This document shows, piece after piece, positions 1-18,161 of a DNA stretch of 64,000 bases. How positions within the stretch are numbered: position 1 is the stretch's first letter; every line of letters starts with the position of its first letter. The notes beneath the pieces are model-generated. The model did no database searches. It was not told the origin of the DNA and was given only the letters and a program-made list of their open reading frames with translations. Origin of the DNA: Chrysomallon squamiferum (Eukaryota > Animalia > Mollusca); NCBI GenBank assembly GCA_012295275.1, contig CM022677.1, positions 24,118,001 to 24,182,000 of the forward strand, given 5' to 3'. A program made the position numbers and the translations under genes.

Positions 1-14
1 AAAGATGGAGCCCA

Positions 15-980
<966 letters not shown>

Positions 981-1074
981 TCAGTTAGGTACATATGTAC
1001 ATGTATATATAAATACACACACATACACATAAAAATACAAATATATATATATATATATAGATAGATAAACAGTC

Positions 1075-1156
<82 letters not shown>

Positions 1157-1218
1157 GATATCTAATGATTGACAGCACAGCTATGAATGTAAACAATCCT
1201 CTGACCACGCCTACTTAC

Positions 1219-1823
<605 letters not shown>

Positions 1824-1836
1824 CGTCAATGTTTAT

Positions 1837-1874
1837 AACTGACCTATCTGTTTGCTTTTTTGACTCTATATATA
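1837..1874 (-). promoter_or_regulatory. Core promoter of copy 1: TATA box + TCAGTT initiator
   Basis: Minus strand reads CCTATATATAGAGTCAAAAAAGCAAACAGATAGG-TCAGTT-ATAAACATTGACG-ATG. TATA starts 32-34 nt upstream of the Inr A (1840). Conserved in all copies that have exon 1. Confidence 0.7.
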
Positions 1875-2094
1875 GGATAATAAGATAATTAGACGTTATC
1901 ATTACTCATGTGAAAGCCGGATGTGCACCAAATAACTGACAGAATTCATTTAAACGTATAAATCCTGTAGTAATTAATATATGCAGGTTTAATATATTTC
2001 TTAAAGTACGTTCACACCATGTGACTTGACATGATTCTTCTTTTCAGCAAAATATGTGAATACCAACATACATGCATCTCTCTCTGTCTGTCTG

Positions 2095-2272
<178 letters not shown>

Positions 2273-2284
2273 GCTCTCTCTCTT

Positions 2285-2328
<44 letters not shown>

Positions 2329-2516
2329 TAACTCTCTCTTTAGATGAGAATAAGAGAATGTTTCATCAACCCGAGTCTTTCTCTGTCTCTAATCAATATT
2401 TAATGTAAATTTATACATACAGATATATATAAATACACACACATACACACACACACAAAGGTATAGAGGTATATATATATATATATATATATAGATAAAC
2501 AGAGAGAGAGATATAG

Positions 2517-2785
<269 letters not shown>

Positions 2786-2825
2786 ACTGAGATGGCCTTC
2801 GGCGTTTGACGAGCTACGTTACAGA

Positions 2826-3597
<772 letters not shown>

Positions 3598-3612
3598 GAG
3601 AGAGACACAGAC

Positions 3613-3902
<290 letters not shown>

Positions 3903-4139
3903 AGGTGTGGTAGAATAGACAGAGCAACACAAAAAGGACTGATGGTCGAACTTTTCATACGACAGAAGAAAACAAAACAACTTTGAGATTTATTACATGT
4001 ATTAATTACTGACTTACAGATACTCAGATTTATAAAGTGATAGAATTTACATGATTAATTTATTTTTTAATTATTATTCTTCAAATGAATTTTTTTTCAG
4101 TACTGGATTTGTCACTTGAGCTTGTAACATAGTTAGTCA

Positions 4140-4605
4140 CTAGTAACAGTCAGGTACTTTAGTTCCGTCAGGCATAATCCAATCTCTTTTACAGCCTCCG
4201 CAGTAGTTAGGACTGGAAAAAAGAGAAAATTTATATTAACTTCTGTTTCCTTGTACTGTCCTTCTTTGTCTCTTTGATATATTATATATATATATGTTTT
4301 GTTATTTTTCTTTATATATATTTTCTTTTACTTTTCATGAATACATTTTCTGACTTTCTTTCATTTTCAAATGTTCTTTTATTATTTCATATTATTATCA
4401 TTATCATTATCCTTATTATTATTATTACTGTTATCATCATCATGACCATATCGTCATCATTAGAAAAGGAACTACACTAACATAACTACATTAATCGTTT
4501 AATTTAAGTAAATAAATAAATAGTGATAACTAGAACCATACAAACAAAAATAATATTATTAATAATAATAATAACAATATCAGCAAAAGCTATAACAACA
4601 ATAAC

Positions 4606-4654
<49 letters not shown>

Positions 4655-5393
4655 GTTATAATAATAATATATTTTATACATCTAGGTTATTATTTTTGTG
4701 GAAATAAATCTATATCAATGCTGAATAGTATATTCATATTCGTCACAAAAAGCTGTCTACAACTGATGACGTATGGTCGAAAAAAACCGGAGAGATTACA
4801 AGTCTAGATGTAATATTTACATGACTTGAATTGACACGGTGGAGAAAAAAATAAAAAATAAAAAAAAATACAAAAAGTATTCATTATAAATGAATAAATG
4901 GCCACGCCTACATACACGCATCTGGCTCGAGAGGACCTCCTACACAGCGGGACCTGACCGCACGGGTCAATAAAACACCTAACCATTTTTTGCCACGGGG
5001 GACACCCGTCAGGAAACGATTCAGCTTCAGCTGTAACATAAAACACTGATAACATACTGAATGAAAGAATAACACATACACCGTATCTATATATAAATAG
5101 AGAGAGAGNNNNNNNNNNNNNNNNNNNNNNNNNNNNNNNNNNNNNNNNNNNNNNNNNNNNNNNNNNNNNNNNNNNNNNNNNNNNNNNNNNNNNNNNNNNN
5201 NNNNNNNNNNNNNNNNNNNNNNNNNNNNNNNNNNNNNNNNNNNNNNNNNNNNNNNNNNNNNNNNNNNNNNNNNNNNNNNNNNNNNNNNNNNNNNNNNNNN
5301 NNNNNNNNAAATAACAGAAAAGGACAAAATAAAAGTAAAGATACGAACGAGCCACCATTGCCGCTACAATGAAAACAGAACTGCAGTCTTCAT
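4140..5393 (-). CDS. Cys-rich secreted peptide gene copy 2 (exon 1 frameshifted as assembled; spans a 200-N gap)
   Basis: Exon 1 5393-5349 is 45 nt instead of 46 (one T missing from a homopolymer, giving TAG at codon 10). Exon 2 5030-4916 and exon 3 4212-4140 are intact: EAESFPDGCPPWQKMVRCFIDPCGQVPLCRRSSRARCV-PNYCGGCKRDWIMPDGTKVPDCY*. AATAAA at 4064-4059. Confidence 0.7.
5109..5308. other. Assembly gap (exactly 200 N)
   Basis: Run of N starting inside an (AG)n tract in intron 1 of copy 2. The round length suggests a placeholder of unknown true size. Confidence 0.98.
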
Positions 5394-5406
5394 CGTCAAT
5401 GTTTCT

Positions 5407-5443
5407 AACTGATCTATCTGTTTGCTTTTTGACTCTATATATA
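5407..5443 (-). promoter_or_regulatory. Core promoter of copy 2 (TATA + TCAGTT)
   Basis: Same arrangement as copy 1. Confidence 0.65.
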
Positions 5444-6204
5444 GGATGATAAGAAAATTACACGTTATCATTACTGATGATCGGGTCAGATCTACACCAT
5501 CTGACAGGCAGAATTCATTTCAGCCTATAAATCCTGTTCATTAATATACGCAGATGGAATATATTTCTAAAAGCACGTTCACACTACGTGATTTGAGATA
5601 ATTCATGTTTTCAGCAAAATATGTATATACATACGTATATATTGTTCTTCTTCTCTCTCTTCTATTTCTTCTTCTTTCTTCTTCTCTCTCTGTCTGTTCT
5701 TCTGTTGTCATTCTCTCTCTCTATCTCCTCTCCTCTTGTCTGTTCTTCTTCCTTCTCTCTTCCTCTTTTCCTTCATCTTCTTCTCTTCTCTCCATCTCTT
5801 TCCTCCTTTCTCTCTGTTTTTCCCACTGTTAGCGCCTTTAGCAGCTGCTTTTCCTCCTTCTGTTTGTTTGTCTACATCATAGAAACAGTTTGTTCTACAT
5901 CATAGAAACTTTACATTACTTCAAAGCGATTAACATTCATAAATGTCGCCATTATGTCTATGAGAACAGCGACAAATGTCACCTGAATAATCATCAACTC
6001 GAGTTTGTGCAGGTGTTAGCAGCAGTTTAATGTACACAGAGCATAATGAGTATATTAATGTCAGTTAGCTCCATATTTTAAGATATATATACATACATTT
6101 CTACATACATTTATATATATATATATACATGTATATAGAATTACACACACATACACATACAAACACAAATATATATATATATATATATAGATAGATAGAT
6201 AAAC

Positions 6205-7597
<1,393 letters not shown>

Positions 7598-8390
7598 AAA
7601 CTGAATAGGAAGCGTTTGACGAGAAAGTTACAGTAATCTCAATTGTCTTACACATATTTTCAGTTATTTCCCTGAAAGTGAGAAGAGCACTGAATAGAGA
7701 GAGAACATATTTACATCATGAGACCACACAAACACACAGAAGACACACACAAACACACAGACAGACACACACAAAACACACAGACAGACACACACAAACA
7801 CACACAGACAGACACACACAAACACACAGACAGACACACACAAACACTCAGACAGACACACACAAACACACACAGACAGACACACACAAACACACACAAA
7901 CACACAGACAGACAAAAACACTCAGACAGACACACACAAACACACAGACAAAGTGATGTGACACACAAAATCTTGTTTGTAAGTTCAGTGACACCTGATA
8001 TACAGTTTGTAGTAAGTATTCTAATTTTCACGCCTTGAACATTTATTAATGACTTATAAATTTATATTTACGCTTAATTTCTTCATGGATTCACTTTTTT
8101 TTTTATTCCCGTGTACCTAAAGCTGCTTCTTCACACGGCGATTTTTAGGAACGATTAAGAGAGATTAAGGTGCGTTAGAATAGACAGAGCTACACAAAAT
8201 GGACTGATGGTCGAACTTTTCATACGTCATAAAAAAAACTTTGAGATTTTTTACATGTATTAATTACTCACTTTCAGCTTTATAAAGTGACAGAATTTAC
8301 ATAATTAACTGATTTTTTAATTATTATTCTTCAAATGAAGTTTTTCTTCAGTACTTTGTTAGTCACTTGAGCTTGTGACATAGTTAGTCG

Positions 8391-9264
8391 CTAGTTACAC
8401 CCTTGTACTGGAGTTCCGTCAGGCAGTACCCAATCTCTGAAACAGCCTCCGCAGTAGTTAGAACTGGAAAAAAGAGAAAATTTATATTTACTTTTGTTTC
8501 CTTACACTGTCCTTCGTGTCTTCGATATATGTATTTTTAGTTACTTTTGTTTATATAACTTTTCATGAATCCATTTTCTGACTTACTTTTATTTTTTATT
8601 TTTTATCTTCCTTCTTTATTGTTAATCATTATTTCATTATTTCATAGTATTATCAATATCTTTGGTGTGTTTTCTGTTGACGTAACAAAAGAAAATTTGA
8701 AAGAAATGAAAAAAATAAAAAAACGGTGAGTTTACAAGTCTAGATTTAACATTGACATAACGTCAATAGACACTGCAGACCAAAATATTAAATTAAAGAA
8801 AAATATATAAAAATTTCTTACACAAAAACTTTCTTTTATGTGAAGTTGAACGTACAGCATATAAAAACGAAGAGGTTATCAAAATATCATAATTCCTCTG
8901 CATATAAAGAAATATTATATTACAAAAATACCTTTGTTCTTTGTCTCTCAGAACTGTATATCAAACTATATCAAATAAATAAATTAAAATCACAACATAA
9001 AATACAGACCTATGTATTCAGAGGAAATTCTCTGTCATTAGAATACAATGTTCTCGCTGACAAGAATCGTGCTGAATTTTTAAAAATAATATCTAGTGAT
9101 TTGCAGCACAGCTATGAATGTAAAACATCCTTTGACCACGCCTACTTACAGGCATATGGCTTCAGGGTGCGCCAGACAGGGCGAGGCCGTCATGCAGGGG
9201 TCAACAAGACAGTAACCCATTGGTTTTCCCGGGGGACATCCGTCATCGGCCGTTTTAGCTTCAG
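8391..9264 (-). CDS. Cys-rich peptide copy 3: intact exon 2 + exon 3 cassette with no exon 1 or promoter of its own
   Basis: Exon 2 9264-9150 (AEAKTADDGCPPGKPMGYCLVDPCMTASPCLAHPEAICL). Exon 3 8463-8391 (SNYCGGCFRDWVLPDGTPVQGCN*). All splice sites and 8 Cys intact. Its intron-1 (AG)n (~9400-9512) runs directly into the 3' flank of copy 4. Confidence 0.75.
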
Positions 9265-9403
9265 CTGTAAAATAAAACACTAATAAATTACTGAATGAAA
9301 GAATAACACATACACCGTATACACACAGATCAGTTGTAACATAAAACACTAATAACATACTGAATGGAAGAATAACACATACACCGTATACATAGATCAG
9401 AGA

Positions 9404-9516
<113 letters not shown>

Positions 9517-9681
9517 AGGTGTGGTAGAATAGACAGAGCAACACAAAAAGGACTGATGGTCGAACTTTTCATGTCATAAAAAAAAAAAAAAAAATTACAT
9601 GATTAATTTATTTTTTAATTATTATTCTTCAAATGAAGTATTTTTTCAGTACTGGAGTTGTCACTTTAGCTTGTGACATGG

Positions 9682-10941
9682 TTAGTCACCTTCACAGTCT
9701 TCTACTGGAGTTCCGTCAGGCAGTTCCCAATCTCTGTTACAGCCTCCGCAGTAGTTAGAACTGGAAAAAAGAGAAAATTGATATTAACTTTTGTTTCCTT
9801 ATACTGTCCTTCTTTGTCTCTTCGATATCAATATGTTTTGTTACTTTTGTTTATATATTATATATATATACTTTTATTTTTCAAGAATCTATTTTTTTTT
9901 CAGTTTCTTTTATTTTTTTATGTTACTTCTGTATTTTTAAACGTGCATTCATTATTTCATATTTATTATCATCATCATCATTATTATTATTGTCATCTAC
10001 ATCATCACGTTCATATCATGATCATTATACGTATGTCGTATATGGTACAAAAAGTACTACACGAACATAACTATATTAATTGTTTACTTTAAAAAAAAAA
10101 AAAAAAAATGATAACTACAACAGAAACAACAACAACAACAACAACAGAAACAACAACAACAACAACAACAACAACAATAATAATAATAATAATACTAGTT
10201 TATAATTTTTGAGAAAATAAATCATCTTTATCCAGGCTAAATTGCATATTCATTTTCATCACAAAAACTGTCTTCATCTGATGAATTGCGTTTGTATAAA
10301 ACTCAGACAAAAAAAAAAATATTTGGCTTTGGTGTGTTTTCTGTTGACATAACAACACGAAATTTGAAAGAAAGAATAAAACGGTGAGTGTACAAGTCTA
10401 GATTTAATATTGACATAACGTCATAAATTAAAGAAAAATAAATTAAAATTTCTAACACAAAAACTTTCTTTCATGTGAAGTTGAACAAGTATGTTAATTC
10501 ATATGAACATTATATTACAAAAATACGTTTGCTCTTTGTCTCTCAGAACTGTATATCAAACTATATAAAATAAATAAATTAAAATCACAACATAAAATAC
10601 AGATCTATGTATTCAGAGGAGATTCTCTGTCATTATAATACAATGTTCTCGCTGACAAGAATCGTGCTGAATTTTTAAAAATAATATCTAGTGATTTGCA
10701 GCACAGCTATGAATGTAAAAAAATCCTTTGACCACGCCTACGTACATGCATATGGCTTCAGGGTGCGAGGGACATGTAGGGGCATTCGTGCAGGGGTCAA
10801 CATAACAGTAAACTATTGGTTTTCCCGGGGGACACAGGTCTTTGACCGATTTAGATTCAGCTGTAACATAAAATCGTAATAACATAATGAATGAAAGAAT
10901 AACACACACACACACCATACACCCAGATATAAGAGAGAGAC

Positions 10942-11006
<65 letters not shown>

Positions 11007-12082
11007 GAGAGGTAGAGAGACAGAAAGAGACAAAGAGAAAGAGAGAGAGACAGAGAGAGACATAGAGAAAGAAAGAGAGAGGGAGGTAGAGAGACAGAAA
11101 GAGACAAAGAGAAAGACAGAGAGACACAGACAGAGAGAGAGACAGAGAGAGAGAAAGAAAGAGAGAGAATGAAAGAGAGAGCGAGAGAGAGATACAGACA
11201 GAGAGACAGAGAGAGACAAAGAGATAGTGACAGGGAAAGAGAGACAATAGAGAGACAGAGAGACAGAGACAGAAAGAGGGAGTGAAAGATAGATAAAGAG
11301 GGAGAGAGAGACAGAGACAGAGAGAGAAAGACAGAGAGATAGTGGGAGAGAGAGTGAAACAGAGACAGAAAGGTACAGAGACAGAGAGATAGAAGGAGAG
11401 AGACACAGGTAGAGAAAGAGAGAGAGTGGGAGAGAGACGGAGAGAGAGAGACGGAGAGAAAGAGAGTGAGACAAAGACAGAGAGGGATAGAGTCAGATAG
11501 ACAGATAGAGAGAGACATAGACATAGAGAGAGACAGAGAGAGAGAGAGATAGACACAGAGGGACAAAGAGACATAGAGAGATAAAGTGAGAGAGAAATAG
11601 AAAGAGAGAGGGAGAGAGAAACAGAGAGAAAGAGAGAGAAGGAGAGAGAAATAGAGAGAGAGATGAAGAGAGAGTGACCGAGGCAGAGAGAGAGACATAG
11701 AGAGCGATACAGAGATAGAGCGAGAGAGAGAGATAGAGAGGGACAGAGGCAGAGAGAGACAGAGAGAGAGAGAAAGAGAGAGTGAGAGAGAGAAAAAGAA
11801 AGACAGAGAGAGAGAAAGAGGGAGAGAGAAATAACGATAAAGAGAGAAAGACAGAGACAGATACTGAGAGAGAGAAAGAGAGAGAGAAAAGAGAGAGAGA
11901 GACAGACACAGACAGAGAGAGAGAAAGAGAAAGACGGAGAGAAAGAGAGAAGGAGACAGATAGAGAGAAGGAGAGAGCAAGACAAACGCTTAGATAAATA
12001 GGACAGAGAAAGAAAGACAGAAAGCATGACAGACAGACAAAGAGACAGGTGTATTGGTAGAGAGACACTAAAAAAAGCTAAG

Positions 12083-12114
<32 letters not shown>

Positions 12115-12285
12115 ATACATAAACATATAAAAAATAGTAACAATAATGAAAATAATAATAAATAAAATAATAAAGCAAAGTGAAAAGAAGAAAGAGAAAT
12201 AACAACAGAAAAGGACAAAGTAAAAATGAAGATACGAACCAGCCACTATTGCCGCTACAATGAAAAACAGAACTGCAGTCTTCAT
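9682..12285 (-). CDS. Cys-rich secreted peptide gene copy 4 (intact, 79 aa)
   Basis: Exons 12285-12240, 10860-10746, 9760-9682: MKTAVLFFIVAAIVAAESKSVKDLCPPGKPIVYCYVDPCTNAPTCPSHPEAICISNYCGGCNRDWELPDGTPVEDCEGD*. GT-AG introns, phases 1 and 2. Confidence 0.9.
10930..12070. repeat. Degenerate (AG)-rich expansion in intron 1 of copy 4
   Basis: ~1.1 kb imperfect AG/AGAC repeat, which lengthens this intron relative to the other copies. Confidence 0.9.
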
Positions 12286-12298
12286 CGTCAATGTTTAT

Positions 12299-12336
12299 AA
12301 CTGACCTATCTGTTTGCTTTTTTGACTCCATATATA
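12299..12336 (-). promoter_or_regulatory. Core promoter of copy 4 (TATA + TCAGTT)
   Basis: CCTATATATGG ... TCAGTT ... ATG on the minus strand. Confidence 0.65.
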
Positions 12337-12670
12337 GGATGATAAGGTAATTAGATCTTATTATTATTCAATCTGAAAGCCGGATGTGCACCAACTAACT
12401 GGCAGAATTCATTTAAGCGTATAAATCCTGTAGTAATTAAAATATGCAGGTCGAAGATATTTCTAAAAGCACGTTCACACCATGTGATTTGATGTCATTC
12501 TTGTTTTGAGCAAAATATGTTTATACATACGTACATACCTATCTATCTCTATCTCTCTCTCTCTCTCTATGTCTCTGTCTGTCTCTCTCTCTTTTAGTAT
12601 TCACCTCTCTCTATCTCTCTCTCTGTCTCTCTCTCTCTTTCTCTTTTTCTCTATCTGTGTGTCTCTCTTT

Positions 12671-12711
<41 letters not shown>

Positions 12712-12905
12712 TGTGTGTGTCAGTGTATGTCTATGTGTGCGTATGGGTTTGTGTATGTATATATATATATATATATATCGGTACATATGTACTTTAACTG
12801 ATCTAATATATTCATTATGCTCTCTTAAACTGGTGCTATTCCGAACTCTCAGGTGACATTTGTCTTTGTTCTCATAAACATAAAGGCGCGACTTGTCTAT
12901 TTGAA

Positions 12906-12938
<33 letters not shown>

Positions 12939-13546
12939 ACAAATGTTTGTGTGTGTGTGTGTATGTGTGTGTGTGTGTATCAGAATAATGTATTGTGTAA
13001 GTTAGTTACATGTGTGCTGATATACATATACGTACATTTGTATATATATATATATATATATATATACACAAACTTAGAGGTATATATAATATATTGATTA
13101 TGCTCTGTGTACATTTTGCGTTTGAGGAGTTAAGTTACAGTTATCACAATTCTTTTACACACAGTTATTTGCAGTTAGTTATCTCCCCTGAAACGAGACG
13201 TGAAGGAGCACAGAATATCTGGAGAACATATCTACATGAGCCACACACACACACCACACACACACCACACAAACACACAGACAGACACACACAAACACAC
13301 AGACAGACACAGATTTGACAAAGTGATGTTGTGTTTAAAGTCTTCTTTGTAAGTTCAGTGACACCTGATATACCGTTTGTAGTAAATATGCTAATTTTCA
13401 CGCCTTGAACATTTATTAATGACTTATAAATTTATAATTACGCTTAATTTCTTCATGGATTCCGTTTTATTTATTCTTGTGTACCTAATGCTGCTTCTAT
13501 ACATGGTGATATTTAGGATCGATTAATTAGTCCATCCGATAAAGGT

Positions 13547-13699
<153 letters not shown>

Positions 13700-13944
13700 T
13701 ACACAGAGAGATATGGCATACACAGAGCAACCCAAAAAGGACTGATACTCGAACTTTTCTTACGACAGAAAAAAACAAAGCAATTTTGATATTTATGATA
13801 TTTATTAATTATTCACTTACAGACACTCAGCATTTTAAAGTGACAGAATTTTCATGATTAATTTATTTTTTAATTATTATTCTTCAAATGAATTTTGTTT
13901 TGCAGTAGTGGATTTCTCTCTTGAGCTTGTGACGTAGTCAGACA

Positions 13945-15180
13945 CTAGTTACACCCCTGTACTTTAGTTCCGTCAGGTAGAACCCAATCTCTGTTACAGC
14001 CTCCGCAGTAGTTAGCACTGGAAAAAAGAGAAAATTTATATTAACTTTTGTTTCCTTGTACTGTCCTTCTTTGTCTCTTCGATATATATAGGTTTTATTA
14101 CTTTTGTTTATATATATTTATTTTTAATTTTCATGAAACTTTTGTCTCTCTTTTATTTTTCATCTTCCTTCTTTATTTTTAAAAGTTTTTTTTTATTTCA
14201 TATTATTATCATTATCACTATCATTATTATTATCATCATCATCATCTTCATGTCATGATCATTATACGTATGTCGTAATGCACTAACATAACTATATTAA
14301 TTCTTTAATTTAAATAAATAAATAACAATTGATAACTACAACAGAAACAACAACAATAACAACATCAAGAACAACAACAAAAATAATAATAATAATATTA
14401 TATTTAAAATATAATATTTTGGATGAAACAAATCATCTACATCCAGGCTGAATTTCGTATTTATCTTCGTCACAAAAACTGTCTTTAACTGATGTCGTAA
14501 GGTTGAATAAAATGCAGACAAAAAGAAAACAGAAAACAAAAAAATATATTTTGTTTTGTTGTGTTTAGTGTTGATATAACAACACGAAATCTGAAAAAAG
14601 GAAAAAAACGGGGAGCGTACAAGTCTAGATTTAATATTTACATAACGTGAATTGACATTGTGGATCAAAAAAAAAAAATAAATAAATAAAAATAAAAATA
14701 TTCATTATAAATCGATAAATGACCACGACTACTTACACGCATCTGGCTTCGGGGTGAGATCGACAGGGTGAGGCCGTCATGCAGGGGTCAACAAGACAGT
14801 AAACTATTGAGGTTCCCGGGGGACATCCGTCATTGAACGATTTAGCTTCAGCTGTAACATAAAACACTAATAACATACTGAATGAAAGAATTACACATAC
14901 ACCGTATACATACAGATCAGCTGTAACATAAAACACTAATAACTTACTGAATGAAAGAATAACACATACACCGTATACATACAGATCAGCTGTAACATAA
15001 AACACTAATAACATACTGAATGAAAGAATAACACATACACCGTATACATACAGATCAGCTGTAACATAAAACACTAATAACTTACTGAACGAAAGAATAA
15101 CACATACACCGTATACATACAGATCAGCTGTAACATAAAACACTAATAACTTACTGAATGAAAGACTAACACATACACAG

Positions 15181-15278
<98 letters not shown>

Positions 15279-15467
15279 AACAGACAGACAAAGAGACAGG
15301 TATATTAGGAGAGACACTCAGAATAGGTATATTAAAAAATAAATATGACAATAAAGAAAAGTGAAAAGAAGAAAAGAGAAAAAACAACAGAAAAGGACAA
15401 AGTAAAAATAAAGATACGAACCAGCCACTATTGCCGCTAGAATGAAAAACAGAACTGCAGTCTTCAT
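13945..15467 (-). CDS. Cys-rich secreted peptide gene copy 5 (intact, 77 aa)
   Basis: Exons 15467-15422, 14851-14737, 14017-13945: MKTAVLFFILAAIVAAEAKSFNDGCPPGTSIVYCLVDPCMTASPCRSHPEARCVANYCGGCNRDWVLPDGTKVQGCN*. The AEA motif fits signal peptidase cleavage. Confidence 0.9.
14852..15185 (-). repeat. 69-bp minisatellite (4 full units + 1 partial) duplicating the exon-2 splice acceptor of copy 5
   Basis: Unit ctgtaacataaaacactaataac[at]tactgaatgaaagaataacacatacaccgtatacatacagatcag, starting at 14852, 14921, 14990, 15059 and 15128. Confidence 0.92.
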
Positions 15468-15480
15468 CGTCAATGTTTAT

Positions 15481-15518
15481 AACTGACCTATCTGTTTGCT
15501 TTTTTGACTCTATATATA
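15481..15518 (-). promoter_or_regulatory. Core promoter of copy 5 (TATA + TCAGTT)
   Basis: Same arrangement as copy 1. Confidence 0.7.
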
Positions 15519-16325
15519 GGATGATAAGATAATTAGACGTTATCATTACTCATGCTAAAGCCGGATCTACACCATCTGACTCACAGAATTCATTTCAGCC
15601 TATAAATCCTGTTCATTAATATACGCAGGTCGAATATATTTCTAAAAGCAGGTTCACACTATTTGATTTCAGATAATTCTTGTTTTGAGCAAAATATGTG
15701 TATACATACGTACATATCTCTCTCTGTCTCTGTCTCTCTCTGTCTGTCTGTCTGTCAGTCTCTCTCTCTCTCTCTCTCGCTCTCTCCCTCCATCTCTTTA
15801 TCTCTTTCTCTGTTTTTCTCACTGTTAACATATTCAGGAGGAGTTGCTTTTCGGTTTGTTCTACAACACTGCAACTTTACATTATTTCAAAGTAATTAAC
15901 GTTCACAAAAGTCCCCGCGTCAAGTCGCGCCTTCATGTTTATGAGAACAGCGACAAATGTCACCTCAGTAATCAACAACTCGAGTTCGTGCAGGGATAAG
16001 CACCAGTTTATCAGTTCACTGAGATCAACGTTATAAACCTTTGTCCGTCACACTGTACATTAATAAACCACAGTTTAATGCACACAGAGCATAATGAGTA
16101 TATTAATGTAACTTACATATATAAATACATACACACACACACACACACATACGAAACAGAAAGCAAGACTGACAGACAGACAGACAGACACATACATATA
16201 GAGAGACAGAAAGAGACAAAGAGAAAAACAGAGAAGGGAGGTAGAGAGACAGAAAGAGACAAAGAGAAAGACAGAGAGACACAGACAGAGAGAGAGTCAG
16301 AGAGAGAGAAAGAAAGAGAGAGAAT

Positions 16326-16420
<95 letters not shown>

Positions 16421-16471
16421 CAGAAAGATTTTGTTAGAATGGACAGAGCAACCAAAAGAGAGGACTGATAC

Positions 16472-16583
<112 letters not shown>

Positions 16584-16819
16584 AGGTTTGTTAGAATGGA
16601 CAGAGCAACCAAAAAAGGACTGATACTCGAACTTTTCTTACGACAGAAAAAACAAACCAATTTTGATATTTATTATATTTATTAATTATTCACTTACAGA
16701 CACTCAGCATTATAAAGTGACAGAATTTACATAACTATTTTATTTTTTAATTATTATTCTTCAAATGAATTTTTTTTCAGTACTGGATTTGTCACTTGAG
16801 CTTGTAACATAGTTAGTCA

Positions 16820-17254
16820 CTAGTCACACCCACGTATACGCGTTCCGTAAGGCAGAACCCAATCTCTGAAACAGCCTCCGCAGTAGTTAGAACTGGAAAA
16901 AAGAGAAAATTTATATTTACTTTTGTTTCCTTGTACTGTCCTTCTTTGTCTCTTTGATATATATAGGTTTTATTACTTTTGTTTATATATATTTATTTTT
17001 AATTTTCATGAAACTTTTTTCTCACTTTCTTTTATTTTTTTATCTTCTTTCTTTATTTTTAAGGTTTTTTTTATTATTTCATATTATTATCATTATTATT
17101 ATTATTATTATTATTATCATCTACATCATCATCTTCATATCATGATCATTATACGTATGTCGTATATGGTACAAAAAGTACTAATTATATTAATTCTTTA
17201 ATTTAGATAAATAAATAAAAATTGATCACTACAACAGAAACAACAACAAATAGC

Positions 17255-17297
<43 letters not shown>

Positions 17298-18087
17298 ATA
17301 ATAATAATAATATTAATAATAATAATAACAGGAATAATAATAATAATATAATAATATGATATTTAAAATATCATATAAATAAATAAATTATCTATATCCA
17401 GGCTGAATTGCGTATTCATTTTCGTCACAAAAACTATCTTCAACTGATGACGTAAGGTTGAATAAAACGCAGACAAAAAGAAAACAGAAAAAAAATATAT
17501 ATATTTTGCTTTGTTGTGTATAGTGTTGATATAACAACACGAAATCTGAAAAAAAAGGAAAACAACGGGGAGCGTACAAGTCTAGATTTAATATTTACAT
17601 GACGTGAATTGACACTGTGAACAAAAAAAAAAAAAAAAAAAAAAAAAAACACACCCCATTATTAATAAATAATTGACCACGCCTACTTACACGCATCTGG
17701 CTTCAGGGTGCGCGGTACAGGGAGAGGCCGTCATGCAGGGGTCAACAAGACAGTAAACTGTTGAGGTTCCCGGGGGACATCCGTTATTGAACGATTTAGC
17801 TTCAGCTGTAACATAAAACACTAATAACATACTGAATGAAAGAATTACACATACACCGTATACATACAGATCAGCTGTAACATAAAACACTAATAACATA
17901 CTGAATGAAAGAATAACACATACACCGTATACATAGAGATCAGCTGTAACATAAAACACTAATAACTTACTGAATGAAAGAATAACACATACACCGTATA
18001 CACAGATCAGCTGTAACATAAAACACTAATAACTTACTGAATGAAATCAAGGAAATGAAAGAATAACACGTACACGAATACACATAA

Positions 18088-18161
<74 letters not shown>

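Noticed and set aside
14852-15185. Regularly spaced repeats resembling a CRISPR array
   Set aside because: The units are contiguous near-identical 69-mers with no unique spacers, in a eukaryotic intron with no cas genes.
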